Shown here in pieces: positions 18,432-29,720 of a stretch of 64,000 bases of DNA. Made by a program: the position numbers and the translations under genes. Position 1 is the first letter of the stretch. Every line of letters begins with the position of its first letter. The DNA is from Deltaproteobacteria bacterium (GTDB taxonomy: Bacteria > Myxococcota > Kuafuiibacteriia > Kuafuiibacteriales > Kuafuiibacteriaceae): assembly GCA_040218735.1 (NCBI GenBank), contig JAVJQW010000070.1, forward strand, positions 224,001 through 288,000. The letters run 5' to 3'. The notes below the pieces were generated by a model. The model ran no database searches. It was not told where the DNA came from and saw only the letters and a list, made by a program, of their open reading frames with translations.

Positions 18432-19589
18432 TCACGGCCCAAACTCCCGGTCATAGAGCTTCTTCCACTCTTCGACGCGGTGGGAAAGCGAGCAGCGTTC
18501 GATGAACTCGTCGTCGAGGTCCTCGGAATCAACGAGCGCGGATGCAACGTGAACGACTCCGGCGACCCCGAGCTCATCGGTCATGAGGCGGGACGGCTGG
18601 TGATGGTGTGCGATAGCCTCGACGACCGGGTACGGCAGCCCCCACAGCCCCATGAGATACGCGCCGACCTCCGCATGGGTGACGCCGAGGAGCTCGAACT
18701 CTGCGTCTCGTCGACGGACTCCGTCGGTCTCGACGCGGCGCTGACATGCTTCAAAGGTCTCGGGGAGCTGCGACGCGAGGACGAGCTCTCCCGTGTCGTG
18801 GAGCATCCCAGCGAGGAATGCGGCTCGTCCCGCCGAGGCGTCATCGGCGATGCGCTGCGCCAGGCGCGCTGTCGCGACGGCCCGTGCTTCGAACTTCGCG
18901 AGAGAGAACGACACCGCAAGTGGACGGCGCACGCTCTTGAGTAGCTCGAACGTGAGTACGAGGCTCTTGATCGTCGATGTGCCCAATCGGACGACGGCAT
19001 CACCGATGGAGGCAACGACGCGTCCGGAGGAGAAGAAGCTCGAGTTCACCATCTGAAGCACTCGAGCCGAGAGGGCGACATCCTGCTCGATGAGCTCGGC
19101 AACCTGTTCGGCTCCTGCCTGGGGGTCCGCCAGGATGCGGTTGAGCTCGAGACAGATCGTTGGCAAGGATGGGAGCTGCTCGGTGGCGCCGATGGCCCTC
19201 GAAACGCGCTCATCGGTGATGAGCTTTCGCAGTCCGCACGCTCGCTCGATGACATCGAGGAGGTCCTCGGGTCGACACGGTTTAGCGAGCATCTGGTGCG
19301 CCAGCGGGGCGGCGCGCAGCGCGCTTTCCAACTCCGTATAGCCAGACAAGACAATCCGCACGACGTCCGGCTGTTCGCTACGGAGGTGCTCGAGCACAGC
19401 CTCACCGCCGACGACAGGCATCTTCATGTCGGTGACAACGACGTCGTAACGGTTGCGCTCGATCTGCTCGATCCCGGCCTTACCGCCCACTGCAAACGTC
19501 ATCTCCCATCGACACCGGTTCCGGCGAAGTGTGTTTCGAATGCCGTTGAGGACACCCGGTTCGTCGTCTATGAAGAGAATCCGCTTCAT
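18432..19589 (-). CDS. Response regulator REC-HDOD protein
   Basis: 'ILFIDDE', 'TDMKMP', 'KP'; HDOD 'LPSLP..IEQDVALSARVLQMVNSSFF', 'LHDTG', 'HAEVGAYL..WGLP'. Confidence 0.9.
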   Translation of the reverse strand: MKRILFIDDEPGVLNGIRNTLRRNRCRWEMTFAVGGKAGIEQIERNRYDVVVTDMKMPVVGGEAVLEHLRSEQPDVVRIVLSGYTELESALRAAPLAHQMLAKPCRPEDLLDVIERACGLRKLITDERVSRAIGATEQLPSLPTICLELNRILADPQAGAEQVAELIEQDVALSARVLQMVNSSFFSSGRVVASIGDAVVRLGTSTIKSLVLTFELLKSVRRPLAVSFSLAKFEARAVATARLAQRIADDASAGRAAFLAGMLHDTGELVLASQLPETFEACQRRVETDGVRRRDAEFELLGVTHAEVGAYLMGLWGLPYPVVEAIAHHHQPSRLMTDELGVAGVVHVASALVDSEDLDDEFIERCSLSHRVEEWKKLYDREFGP

Positions 19590-21040
19590 GCCGCCCTGCC
19601 TTCTGTTCTGGGTCGCGCCGGAAGCCTGACACAGAAGACTGTTCCGCGTTCTTCCGCCGGTCGAGCAACGATCGAGCCACCATGTTTGTCGATGACCGCT
19701 CGTGAGATGGCGAGGCCCTGCCCCGTCCCGACGCCGACCTCCTTCGTAGTGAAAAAGGGATCGAAGATCCGGTGGCGAATATCCTCCGGAATTCCGCCAC
19801 CATTGTCCTGAAATTCAACGACGACATCTTCGCCATGCGCTCGAGACCGAACGACGATCTCTCCGCGTCGCGCGGATGCGTCGGCGACACTGGCGATCGC
19901 GTGGGCAGCATTGACGAGTATATTGAGGAACACCTGACCGACCTCTCCGCCATGACAGATGACCTCGGGAACCGTCTCGAGCTCGAGAGTGACGTCTGCG
20001 ACGTACTTGTACTCATTGCGCGCAACCACGAGCACGTTCTTCAGGGCCTGGTTGACGTCGAAGGGCGCCTGCTCCTTCTGGTCCGGATGGGAGAATTCCT
20101 TCATCGACCGGACGATCTCTGTCACTCGAGCGATGCCGCTTTGAGTCATCTCGAGGGCCTGCGGGACATTCTCCAGCAGGTACTCCAGGTCGGCCTCCCT
20201 ATCCGCCTTCCGTAGGCGCTCCTCGAGGGGCCCATGGGGCGCTTCTCCGAGGGACAGCATAATCTCCCGACGATAGGCGCCGATGAGGCTCAGGAGGTCC
20301 TCGAACGCACCGCTGAGGAAATGAACGTTGTCGCCAACGTACTGCATCGGCGTATTGATCTCGTGGGCGACCCCAGCTGCGAGTTGTCCGACCGCCTCGA
20401 GCTTGTGGGCGATTCGGCGCTCCATCTCGATCTTCTCTCTTGCCTCGACCTCGGCCAGCACTCGCTGGTTCGCCTCTTCGAGCTCGCGCGTCCTGAGTCG
20501 GACGCGCTCCTCGAGCTGGTTCATCCGCATCGACGCCTGTCTCGAGAGCACCCAGCGCTGACGCAAGGCGAACGCGAGCTGCCGAACCTCGACCGAGTCG
20601 AACGGCTTTCTGAGGATCAGCACGCGGTCCGATTCACCAACCTCATCGATGATCTCGTCCCAGCTGTGGTCCGAGTAGGCTGAGCAGATAACCACGGAGA
20701 TGTCCGGATCAGCCCGGATGATATTCGCCGTCGTCTCGATTCCGTCCATTCCGGGGGGCATTCGCACGTCGACGAACGCAAGTGCGTACGGAGCACCAGC
20801 CGCGACCGCGGCGCATACCCTCTGGTAACCCACGTCACCTTGAAAGGCGGAGTCGATGTCGAACGACTGACGGGAGTGGGTATCGCCGAAGAGGTCGGAT
20901 TCGAACTCGTCGAGAGCATCTGTCGTGCCGGTGGGCCCGATGATCTTCTTGAAGTCCTCGTGAATCGCCTCGTTGTCGTCGACGATGAGCACTCGGCGGT
21001 TGTCGAGGGCCGGGTCGGAATGAAGCTCCGAGGGATGCAT
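19586..21040 (-). CDS. Hybrid REC-histidine kinase
   Basis: 'VLIVDDN', 'DVRMPPG', H-box 'AHEINTP', 'NAAHAI', 'DNGGGI', 'FFTTK..GTGQGL'. Start inferred. Confidence 0.9.
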   Translation of the reverse strand: MHPSELHSDPALDNRRVLIVDDNEAIHEDFKKIIGPTGTTDALDEFESDLFGDTHSRQSFDIDSAFQGDVGYQRVCAAVAAGAPYALAFVDVRMPPGMDGIETTANIIRADPDISVVICSAYSDHSWDEIIDEVGESDRVLILRKPFDSVEVRQLAFALRQRWVLSRQASMRMNQLEERVRLRTRELEEANQRVLAEVEAREKIEMERRIAHKLEAVGQLAAGVAHEINTPMQYVGDNVHFLSGAFEDLLSLIGAYRREIMLSLGEAPHGPLEERLRKADREADLEYLLENVPQALEMTQSGIARVTEIVRSMKEFSHPDQKEQAPFDVNQALKNVLVVARNEYKYVADVTLELETVPEVICHGGEVGQVFLNILVNAAHAIASVADASARRGEIVVRSRAHGEDVVVEFQDNGGGIPEDIRHRIFDPFFTTKEVGVGTGQGLAISRAVIDKHGGSIVARPAEERGTVFCVRLPARPRTEGRAA

Positions 21041-21149
21041 TCTCCCAACGCAGTCGACGTCAATTCGCTCGGCTTGACGGCCTGCCTCGATCCGAGACGA
21101 CACTGCTGTGTTCTCAAATGCCTGCGCGACGTGCCGAACGCCAGTAGAG

Positions 21150-22490
21150 GTGGAGCTCATCGGATCCGAGACCTTGGACGGTAGATATCTGGTCGATCAT
21201 CTGCCTGCGATCGTCCTCGTTGTGTCGGCCAAGGGCCGCATCGTTCACGCAAATCGCGAAGCCACATGTCGCCTCGCGACGTCAGAGGAGCCGTCCCTGG
21301 AAGGGAAGATGCTCGAGTCACTTCTTGGGGAGCCCAACGTATTCGACGTACTCACATTCGATTCGGTCTTCTTGCAGGGGCCGACTCATGAGACGTTGAT
21401 CGTCTTCACCGGGGCCAGCGGGGACAATCTCATATGCTCCGCCAACTCGATAATCGTCACCTACGAGAACGCTCCACACGTAGTCCTCGTTGCCCACAGC
21501 TCGGGTGACCTTCACGACGCGCTGGCCTCGACCTCGCGCTGGGCTGCGTCAGAGCAGAACGAGGCCGTCAAGCTGCGGAAAGCGCAGCAAGCGTTGGCGT
21601 TCAAGAACAAGGAACTGCAGGACGCGCAGCGGCGAATCAGCGAAACGAGTCGCGTGGCGGGTATGGCGGAGATAGCCACGGGAATCCTTCACAACGTAGG
21701 AAACGTGCTGAACAGCGTGAACGTATCTGCGGATGTCGTTGCCGACCGCATCCGACACTCGCGCGTCAAGGGCTTGTTCAAGGCCGTCGACCTGATGAAG
21801 TCTCAGGAGGATCTGGCGGTGTTTCTGACCGGAGATCCCCGCGGCCGGAAGCTCCTGCCGTATCTCATCGAACTATGCAGGCAGCTGGAGGCGGAACGCG
21901 TCGAGGTCGACGCCGAACTAGCCGTTCTCCAGGAGAGGGTCGAGCGAATCAAGTCGATCGTCGCGAAGCAGCAGCGCTTCGCCCGAGTCGTCTCCGTGGT
22001 CGAGAGCTGTCGACCGTCCGACCTCGTGTCCGAGGGACTCGACCTCGTGAGCGACTCGATGTTGCATCACCATGTCGAGATAGTCAGGGACGAGGAAGAG
22101 ATCCCCGAACTGATGGTCGATCGTCACCGGTTCGTTCAAATCCTGGTCAACCTACTTACGAACGCGACGAACGCGCTGAGTGACGCTGAAGGTTCGCCCG
22201 AGCGCCAGATAACCATTCGACTTCGCGAGAAAGGCGAGACTCGGTTCGTCTTGGATGTGATCGACAACGGCGTCGGGATTGCGCCAGAGCTCGTGGGAGA
22301 AGTCTTCAAGCACGGCTTCACAACGCGGAAGAACGGCCACGGTTTCGGACTACACGACTCCGCGAACGCGGCAACAGAGCTTGGCGGTTCGCTGACCTGC
22401 GCGAGCGACGGCCTTGGACGCGGCGCGACGTTCAGGCTCGAGCTTCCGATGGTTCTTCCGACCCCCTGCCTTCATGACTCCGTTTCCTAG
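21150..22490 (+). CDS. PAS-domain histidine kinase
   Basis: PAS-like N-terminus; 'GILHNVGNVLNS'; 'DNGVGI'; 'GFTTRKNGHGFGLH'. Start inferred. Confidence 0.88.
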   Translation: MELIGSETLDGRYLVDHLPAIVLVVSAKGRIVHANREATCRLATSEEPSLEGKMLESLLGEPNVFDVLTFDSVFLQGPTHETLIVFTGASGDNLICSANSIIVTYENAPHVVLVAHSSGDLHDALASTSRWAASEQNEAVKLRKAQQALAFKNKELQDAQRRISETSRVAGMAEIATGILHNVGNVLNSVNVSADVVADRIRHSRVKGLFKAVDLMKSQEDLAVFLTGDPRGRKLLPYLIELCRQLEAERVEVDAELAVLQERVERIKSIVAKQQRFARVVSVVESCRPSDLVSEGLDLVSDSMLHHHVEIVRDEEEIPELMVDRHRFVQILVNLLTNATNALSDAEGSPERQITIRLREKGETRFVLDVIDNGVGIAPELVGEVFKHGFTTRKNGHGFGLHDSANAATELGGSLTCASDGLGRGATFRLELPMVLPTPCLHDSVS

Positions 22491-22510
22491 AACCATGGAT
22501 TCACGCGGCC

Positions 22511-23680
<1,170 letters not shown>

Positions 23681-23735
23681 GAGCCTTTTTCGAACGTCGA
23701 ATACGGAAGGCGAAAACCTCAGAGGGATTCACTGG

Positions 23736-25736
23736 CTAGCGGCGGCGGATCTTCAGGGCGCGGCGCAGCTCTCCCACCAGCTCCGACACGTCCTTGAAGC
23801 GCGCCTTCGGCTCGACCGCCGTCGCACGCGCCAGGACGCCGGCGGCGAGGACCGCGCCCTCCTGGTCCAGGGCCTTCAGGCACTCCGACAGGACCGCGGC
23901 GAGCGCGTACTGATCCACCGCCGGGCCCTGCGGCACGTCCGGTTTGTGCTCCGGCGGGATGAACGCGGCGTTCGACAGCTGCTGCACCGTCGCGACGCCC
24001 GACTGAAACCCGAGGATGCGCGGGCGGTGGTCCTTGCGCGTGACCCAGATGGTCGTCGGATCCAACGCGCCGTGCACGACCCCCACGGCGTGGGCCTTTG
24101 CGATGCCCTCCGCGATGTCGACGACCAGGCTCCGCGCGCTGTCCGTCGAGATCGCCTCCTTGGTCACCACGGTCTCCAAGGTGCGCCCCTCCTCGACGGG
24201 ATAGGTCGAGTAGATGCGATCCCCCGCCACCCCGATCATCTTGGCGGGCGGGAGCAAGTCGACCTTCAGCTTCTCGAGCTCGGCGTTGGCGCGATGGATC
24301 GAGCCGAGCACCACGCTCCGCCGCGTGACGATCGGCGGCGTCGCGCGCAGCAGGAGCGCCTCGTTCGTCGTCGTGTCCCGCGTCGTCGCGACGATGATCG
24401 ACGGCGACGACTCCACGACCGACTCGACCAGGTAACGCTCGGCGTACGTCGCGCCCTCGCGGGGGGTGTCGCGGACGTCGGCGATCGACTTCTCGACGAG
24501 CTTCGTCCCGCCGTAGCCGACCATCGCCAGCAGCACGATCAGCAGCGCCCACCGCGACCAACGCGACCGGCGGATCCAGCGGTCGTCGTCGAGGAACACC
24601 CCCGGCTGCTCGACCTCGATGTTCTGCGAGTCCCACGCCGCGGCCTCGCGCTCTTCGCTCGACAGCTCGCGCACCACGGTGTCCGCGATGTCGGCGCCGC
24701 CGAGGCGGCGGACCTCCTTGAGCTGCGCCGGGTCGATGCGCCCGGTCGCTTCCAGCTGGTGTTGGATTCGGGCCTGCGCTTCGTGGGCGTCCTTGAAGGC
24801 CTCGCGCAACCAGTCGCCGACGACCTTGTTCGTGACGTCGCGCCCCGCGAGCCACCCCTCGAGCCGCGCCGCGACGCCCTCGGAGGTCCCCAGGCGGCGC
24901 TTCGGATCCCGCTCGAGCATGCCGTGCACGATCGAAGCGAGCTCGTCGTCGACGTCGCCCCGGAGCTTCTGCACGCGGGGGATCGGCCCCGACAGCACCC
25001 GGTGCAGCGCGGTCGCCGGCACCGCGGCGTGGAAGAGTCGACGGTTGGTGAGCATCTCGAACAGGACGATGCCCAGGGAGAACATGTCGCAGCGCGGGTC
25101 GGCGGGTTGGCCGCGGATGATCTCCGGCGCCATGTACCCGACCTTCCCCTTGAACTCGCCGTGCTGCGTCTTCGCCAAGTTGCCCTTCACCTTGGCGACG
25201 CCGAAGTCGAGGATCTTCACGGGCCCCGCGTAGGTCGCGAAGAGGTTCTCGGGGCTGATGTCCCGGTGCACGAGATCGAGCGACTCCCCGACGGTGTCCG
25301 TGGCCGCGTGTGCATAGGCGAGCCCGTGGGCGGCGTCCGCGATCATCCGCACGGCGATCTCGATCGGGATCCATACGCCGCGCTGCGCCATGACCTTGAT
25401 GCACTCCGCGACGGAGTGCCCGGAGAGGTGCTCCATCGCGAGGAACAGCGCGCCGGACTCCGACTCGCCGAGGTCGAACACCTGGACGATGTTGGGGTGA
25501 GACAGCTGAGAACAGATGCGCGCCTCGTCGATGAACATGCGGGAGAACCGCTCGTCGTGCGCGAGGTGCGCGAGCATGATCTTCAGCACGACCATGCGCT
25601 CGAAACCCGCGATGCCGCGCTTGCGCGCGATGTAGACCTCGCCCATCCCTCCGGTCGCGAGGTGGCCGCGGATCTCGTAGGGGCCGACGCGCGCGTCCGG
25701 CCCGAGGGGCGCGCTCGACACCTCGGACCAGCTCAT
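23736..25736 (-). CDS. Ser/Thr kinase - TM - pseudokinase protein
   Basis: Active N-terminal kinase (GGMG, HRDISPEN, DFG, YMAPE); TM 'WALLIVLLAMVGYGG'; degenerate second kinase fold. Confidence 0.85.
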   Translation of the reverse strand: MSWSEVSSAPLGPDARVGPYEIRGHLATGGMGEVYIARKRGIAGFERMVVLKIMLAHLAHDERFSRMFIDEARICSQLSHPNIVQVFDLGESESGALFLAMEHLSGHSVAECIKVMAQRGVWIPIEIAVRMIADAAHGLAYAHAATDTVGESLDLVHRDISPENLFATYAGPVKILDFGVAKVKGNLAKTQHGEFKGKVGYMAPEIIRGQPADPRCDMFSLGIVLFEMLTNRRLFHAAVPATALHRVLSGPIPRVQKLRGDVDDELASIVHGMLERDPKRRLGTSEGVAARLEGWLAGRDVTNKVVGDWLREAFKDAHEAQARIQHQLEATGRIDPAQLKEVRRLGGADIADTVVRELSSEEREAAAWDSQNIEVEQPGVFLDDDRWIRRSRWSRWALLIVLLAMVGYGGTKLVEKSIADVRDTPREGATYAERYLVESVVESSPSIIVATTRDTTTNEALLLRATPPIVTRRSVVLGSIHRANAELEKLKVDLLPPAKMIGVAGDRIYSTYPVEEGRTLETVVTKEAISTDSARSLVVDIAEGIAKAHAVGVVHGALDPTTIWVTRKDHRPRILGFQSGVATVQQLSNAAFIPPEHKPDVPQGPAVDQYALAAVLSECLKALDQEGAVLAAGVLARATAVEPKARFKDVSELVGELRRALKIRRR

Positions 25737-25928
25737 GCGGCCATCGTCACGTCGGGCGCCCCGAGGGTCAAACCGAACCGCGCGGCTCGATTCACCCGCT
25801 CGGCGCGTGGTCGGTACCACCACGCCACGTCACCCCTGGCATTGTGCCGAGGAATTTCGGATGGTTGCATGCCGATACCGCACCGGTCGTGGTCTTGCTT
25901 GGTACGACCGCGGATGTTGAGTCGATTG

Positions 25929-28421
25929 ATGGATCCGCGAACCGAAGTCACCGAGCCCGAGATCGAGGTCGTCGCCAAGTCGGGCCGCCTCGCGCGCTTC
26001 GTCCGACGTGCCGCGCTGACGTTCGTCGCGCTATCGCTGGTCGGCGGGATCGCCTCCGTCATCACGATCGTCGCGCTCGCGCGTGACCTCCCCGACATCA
26101 AGACCCTCGCCGACTACCGGCCCCACCAGGCCACGCGCGTCTACGGCAAGGACGGCCGCGTCACGGCGCGCTTCGCGCTCGAGCGCCGCACCGTGGTGCC
26201 CTTCGATCGCATCCCCAAGGTCATGGTCGACGCTGTCCTCGCCGCCGAGGACGATCAGTTCTTCGAGCACGAGGGCCTCGACTACGTCGGCGTCGCGCGC
26301 TGCGCGGTGAAGAACCTGCTGTCCGGTCGCAAGAAGTGCGGCGGCTCCACGATCACGCAGCAGACCGTGAAGACGTTCCTGCTCGACTCGCGCAAGACGT
26401 ACACCCGCAAGCTCCGCGAGATGATCCTGGCGAAGCGCATCGAAGAGGCGCTCACCAAGCAGGACATCCTCTTCCTCTACCTGAATCAGATCTACTTCGG
26501 GCACGGCGCCTACGGCGTGCTCGAAGCGTCGAAGACCTACTTCGACAAGGACGTCGCCGAGCTGACCGTCGAAGAGGCCGCCCTCCTCGCCGGCCTCCCG
26601 CAGTCGCCGTCGCGGCTCGATCCGTTCCGGCACCCCGAGCGCGCGCTGGAGCGTCGGGCGTACGTGCTGCGTCGGATGAAGGAGCTCGACAAACTCGACG
26701 CGCCCACCTACGAGCGCGCGGCGAAGTCGAAGCTCACGCTCGTGGAGTCCAAGGACGACGCGCTCGACAGCAACACCTACTACGCCGCGCACGTGCGGCA
26801 GATCCTCGAAGCGCGCGTCGGCGAGAAGCGCACGATGAGCGGCGGGCTCGAGGTGCACGCGGGGATCGATCCGGACCTGCAGGCGACCGCCGAAGCGGCG
26901 CTCGACGAAGGCCTCCGCGAGCTCGACAAACGCCAGGGCTGGCGCGGGCCGATCGCTCACCTCGAGCGCAACGAGGTGCGCGAGCTGGAGCGCCTCCTCG
27001 GCGAGCGCCACGCGCAGCGGGCGAAGGAGGGGTCGACGACCGTCTGGGATCTCTCCCGCATCGAGGGTGAAGCGAAGCCCGTCGCCGTCACGCGCATCGC
27101 GGAGCGCGCGCGCTTCGTTCCGCTGAAGGTCGGCGGGACGTACGGCGGCATCGTCGTCGAGGTCGACGACCCGGGCCGCGTCGCGAAGGTCCGCGTCGCG
27201 CCGAAGCTCGTCGTCGAGCTCCCGCTGCGCACCGGCCTCTCGTGGGCGCGCAAGTTCGACATCCACCGCTACACGCGACGCCCGACGGTCCCGAGCGACG
27301 TGCTGTCGGTCGGCGACATCGTCTTCGCGCGCGTCACGTCGCACGTAGAAAAGGACGACCGCCACCTCGGCATCCTCGAGCAGACGCCCAAGGTGCAGGG
27401 CGCGATCGTCAGTATCGACCCGGCGACGCGCGAGGTCCGCGCGATGGTCGGCGGCCTCGGCGTCGGCGCGGGGACGTTCAACCGCGCCACGCAGGCGCGC
27501 CGCCAGGCCGGTTCGACGTTCAAGCCGTTCGTCTACGCGTCCGCGTTCGAGACCGAGCGCTACACTACGGTGTCCGTCTGCCAGGACGAGCCGCGGGTGT
27601 ACCGCGACCCGTGGACCGGCCGCTCGTGGAAGCCGCAGAACTACGGCAAGAAGTTCGACGGCGACATCACGCTGCGCACCGCGCTGACGAAGTCGAAGAA
27701 CCTCTGCTCGGTCGAGCTCATCGACAAACTCGGCGTGGAGCCCGTGCTCGACATGGCGCGCCGCGCCGGAATCCAGAGCCCCCTCCCGAAGAACCTCACG
27801 CTGGCGCTCGGCTCCGGCGACGTCACGCCGCTGGAGGTCGCCAACGCGTACGCGACGCTCGCGACCGGCGGCAAGTACGCCGAGCCGGTGTTCGTCCGGC
27901 GCATCAAGACGCCGGAGGACGAATCGCTGCCGATCGAGCACGCCGAACCCAAGCAGACGATCCGCCCGGAGATCGCGTATCTGATCACGAGCCTCATGCA
28001 GTCGGTCGTCGAGGACGGCACCGCGCGTCGGGTGAAGGCGCTCGAGCGCCCCGTCGCCGGCAAGACCGGCACGACCAACGAGTCGCGCAACGCGTGGTTC
28101 GCGGGCTTCACGCCCGACCTCGTGACCGTGGTGTGGGTCGGCTTCGACGACAACGAGCCGCTCGGCCCCGCAGAGACCGGCGGGCGCGCGGCGATCCCGA
28201 TCTGGCTGAAGGTCATGGAGAAGGCGATCGAGAGCACCGAGCCGCGCGACTTCGCGGCGCCGCCCGGGGTCGTCTTTGCGGTCGTCGACCCGGCGACGCA
28301 GAAGCTCGTCGCCCCCGACGACGACAAGGGCCAGATCGAGCCGTTCCTCCAGGGCACCGAGCCGAAGGAGTTCGCCGAGGACGGCGCCCCGCCGGACCGG
28401 ATGCTCTGGGAGGACTACTAA
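25929..28421 (+). CDS. mrcA: Penicillin-binding protein 1A (bifunctional transglycosylase/transpeptidase)
   Basis: 'AAEDDQFFEH', 'GGSTITQQ', 'RKLRE', SxxK 'STFK', 'SKN', 'KTGTT'; OB-like insert. True start about 25929. Confidence 0.95.
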   Translation: MDPRTEVTEPEIEVVAKSGRLARFVRRAALTFVALSLVGGIASVITIVALARDLPDIKTLADYRPHQATRVYGKDGRVTARFALERRTVVPFDRIPKVMVDAVLAAEDDQFFEHEGLDYVGVARCAVKNLLSGRKKCGGSTITQQTVKTFLLDSRKTYTRKLREMILAKRIEEALTKQDILFLYLNQIYFGHGAYGVLEASKTYFDKDVAELTVEEAALLAGLPQSPSRLDPFRHPERALERRAYVLRRMKELDKLDAPTYERAAKSKLTLVESKDDALDSNTYYAAHVRQILEARVGEKRTMSGGLEVHAGIDPDLQATAEAALDEGLRELDKRQGWRGPIAHLERNEVRELERLLGERHAQRAKEGSTTVWDLSRIEGEAKPVAVTRIAERARFVPLKVGGTYGGIVVEVDDPGRVAKVRVAPKLVVELPLRTGLSWARKFDIHRYTRRPTVPSDVLSVGDIVFARVTSHVEKDDRHLGILEQTPKVQGAIVSIDPATREVRAMVGGLGVGAGTFNRATQARRQAGSTFKPFVYASAFETERYTTVSVCQDEPRVYRDPWTGRSWKPQNYGKKFDGDITLRTALTKSKNLCSVELIDKLGVEPVLDMARRAGIQSPLPKNLTLALGSGDVTPLEVANAYATLATGGKYAEPVFVRRIKTPEDESLPIEHAEPKQTIRPEIAYLITSLMQSVVEDGTARRVKALERPVAGKTGTTNESRNAWFAGFTPDLVTVVWVGFDDNEPLGPAETGGRAAIPIWLKVMEKAIESTEPRDFAAPPGVVFAVVDPATQKLVAPDDDKGQIEPFLQGTEPKEFAEDGAPPDRMLWEDY

Positions 28422-28442
28422 GGCCTTGGCGACGAGGCCCCG

Positions 28443-29720
28443 GTGCTGACGCTCGCGTTCGCCCTGCTCGCGGCGACCCCGTCGGCGGATCTCGACGGCG
28501 CGGTGACCCGCGTCGTGTCGGATCTGCGGCTCGCGGACGTCAGCGGCTTTTCGCTCGACGAAGATCTCGCGGTGGTCGTCTCGGGTGACTCCGCCTGGAC
28601 GACGACCGTCGCGGGGCTCATCCGCGGCCGACTCCTCCAGCTCGGCGTCGAGCACACCCTCCCCCTCCCGCCCGGCTCGACGGAGGCCGCGGCGCGCCAG
28701 GCGGGGGCCGAGTGGCTCCTGCGGGTGCAGGTCGAGGTGGTCGACGAGCTCGAGATGGTCTCGGCGCAGCTGGTCCGGATCGATCGTGGGTTGTGGGCGG
28801 CCGACCCGCACAGCCCCGGCCCCATCCTCGCGATCGCGGACCGGACGTTCTCACGGCGCACCACGGCGCCGCCGCCCCCTCCGCCTCCGCCCACCGGTAC
28901 GCCGTCGCTGGCGGGCCCGGCGGTGGTGCTCAGCGCGGTGCCGGGCCGCGTGCTGGCGATGGGCGCGTGCGCGCCGAAGGCCGGCGAGCCCGATGAGCTC
29001 GTCGTCGTGACGCAGTCCTTCGTGCGGACCTACCGGTTCGACAAACGTGGCCTCGACGTCGTCGCGGAGCTCGACCTGTCGAAGCTCCCGCGCGCGCCCG
29101 CGCCCGCACGTGAACCGTTCGGCGCCGTGGTGTGCGACGGCGACGCGATCGGGTTCGGCACCACCGACCTGGACCGCGGCTACCGCGTCGTTCGAAAGGG
29201 CGCACGACTAGAGATCGACGCGGACCTCACCGGCATGCCCGTCGGCCGCAACGCCGACGGGTGGGTGCTCGCGCAGGCGATCGCCGGGCGCAACCTCTTC
29301 GCGTCGACGCTCACACTCCCCCGCGGGCGCGGCGTCGAGATCACGCCGAGCTACGCGATGCTCGCCACCGCCGACCGCGCGTTCGTCGTCACGACCGCCT
29401 ACACGCTGGTGTCGAGCACGGGGAAGTTCGACGATCCCCAGCGCGTCGGCCGCGCGGGGAGCGCGCTCGCGCACCTCGTGGGCAGCCCCATCTTCCTGCA
29501 CACCGCCCCCGAGCTCACCGACGGGGGCGACGTCGTTTCGATGTATTCCACTGAGTATCCGGCGTCGAGCGTCCGAATCCCGAGCGCGGTGCAGGCCCTG
29601 ACGATCGGCCGCTTCCGCGAAGGCCGCGTGGACGTCCTCACCGCGTCCTGGCGCGGTCGTCGGGACACGGAGATCCGCACGTTCTCCGTGGCGGACCCGC
29701 CGGAGGGGAACGCGCGATGA
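28443..29720 (+). CDS. Exported hypothetical protein (Pro linker, beta-rich C-terminal domain)
   Basis: Signal peptide, PPPPPPPP linker, operonic position. Confidence 0.65.
   Translation: MLTLAFALLAATPSADLDGAVTRVVSDLRLADVSGFSLDEDLAVVVSGDSAWTTTVAGLIRGRLLQLGVEHTLPLPPGSTEAAARQAGAEWLLRVQVEVVDELEMVSAQLVRIDRGLWAADPHSPGPILAIADRTFSRRTTAPPPPPPPPTGTPSLAGPAVVLSAVPGRVLAMGACAPKAGEPDELVVVTQSFVRTYRFDKRGLDVVAELDLSKLPRAPAPAREPFGAVVCDGDAIGFGTTDLDRGYRVVRKGARLEIDADLTGMPVGRNADGWVLAQAIAGRNLFASTLTLPRGRGVEITPSYAMLATADRAFVVTTAYTLVSSTGKFDDPQRVGRAGSALAHLVGSPIFLHTAPELTDGGDVVSMYSTEYPASSVRIPSAVQALTIGRFREGRVDVLTASWRGRRDTEIRTFSVADPPEGNAR

Larger units (their letters stand above)
17156..22500. other. Lower-GC signalling islet (probably horizontally acquired)
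   Basis: Many A/T-ending codons. Hand count is 31/60 GC for the line at 21301 versus 43/60 for the line at 16741. No integrase or flanking repeats seen. Confidence 0.6.
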
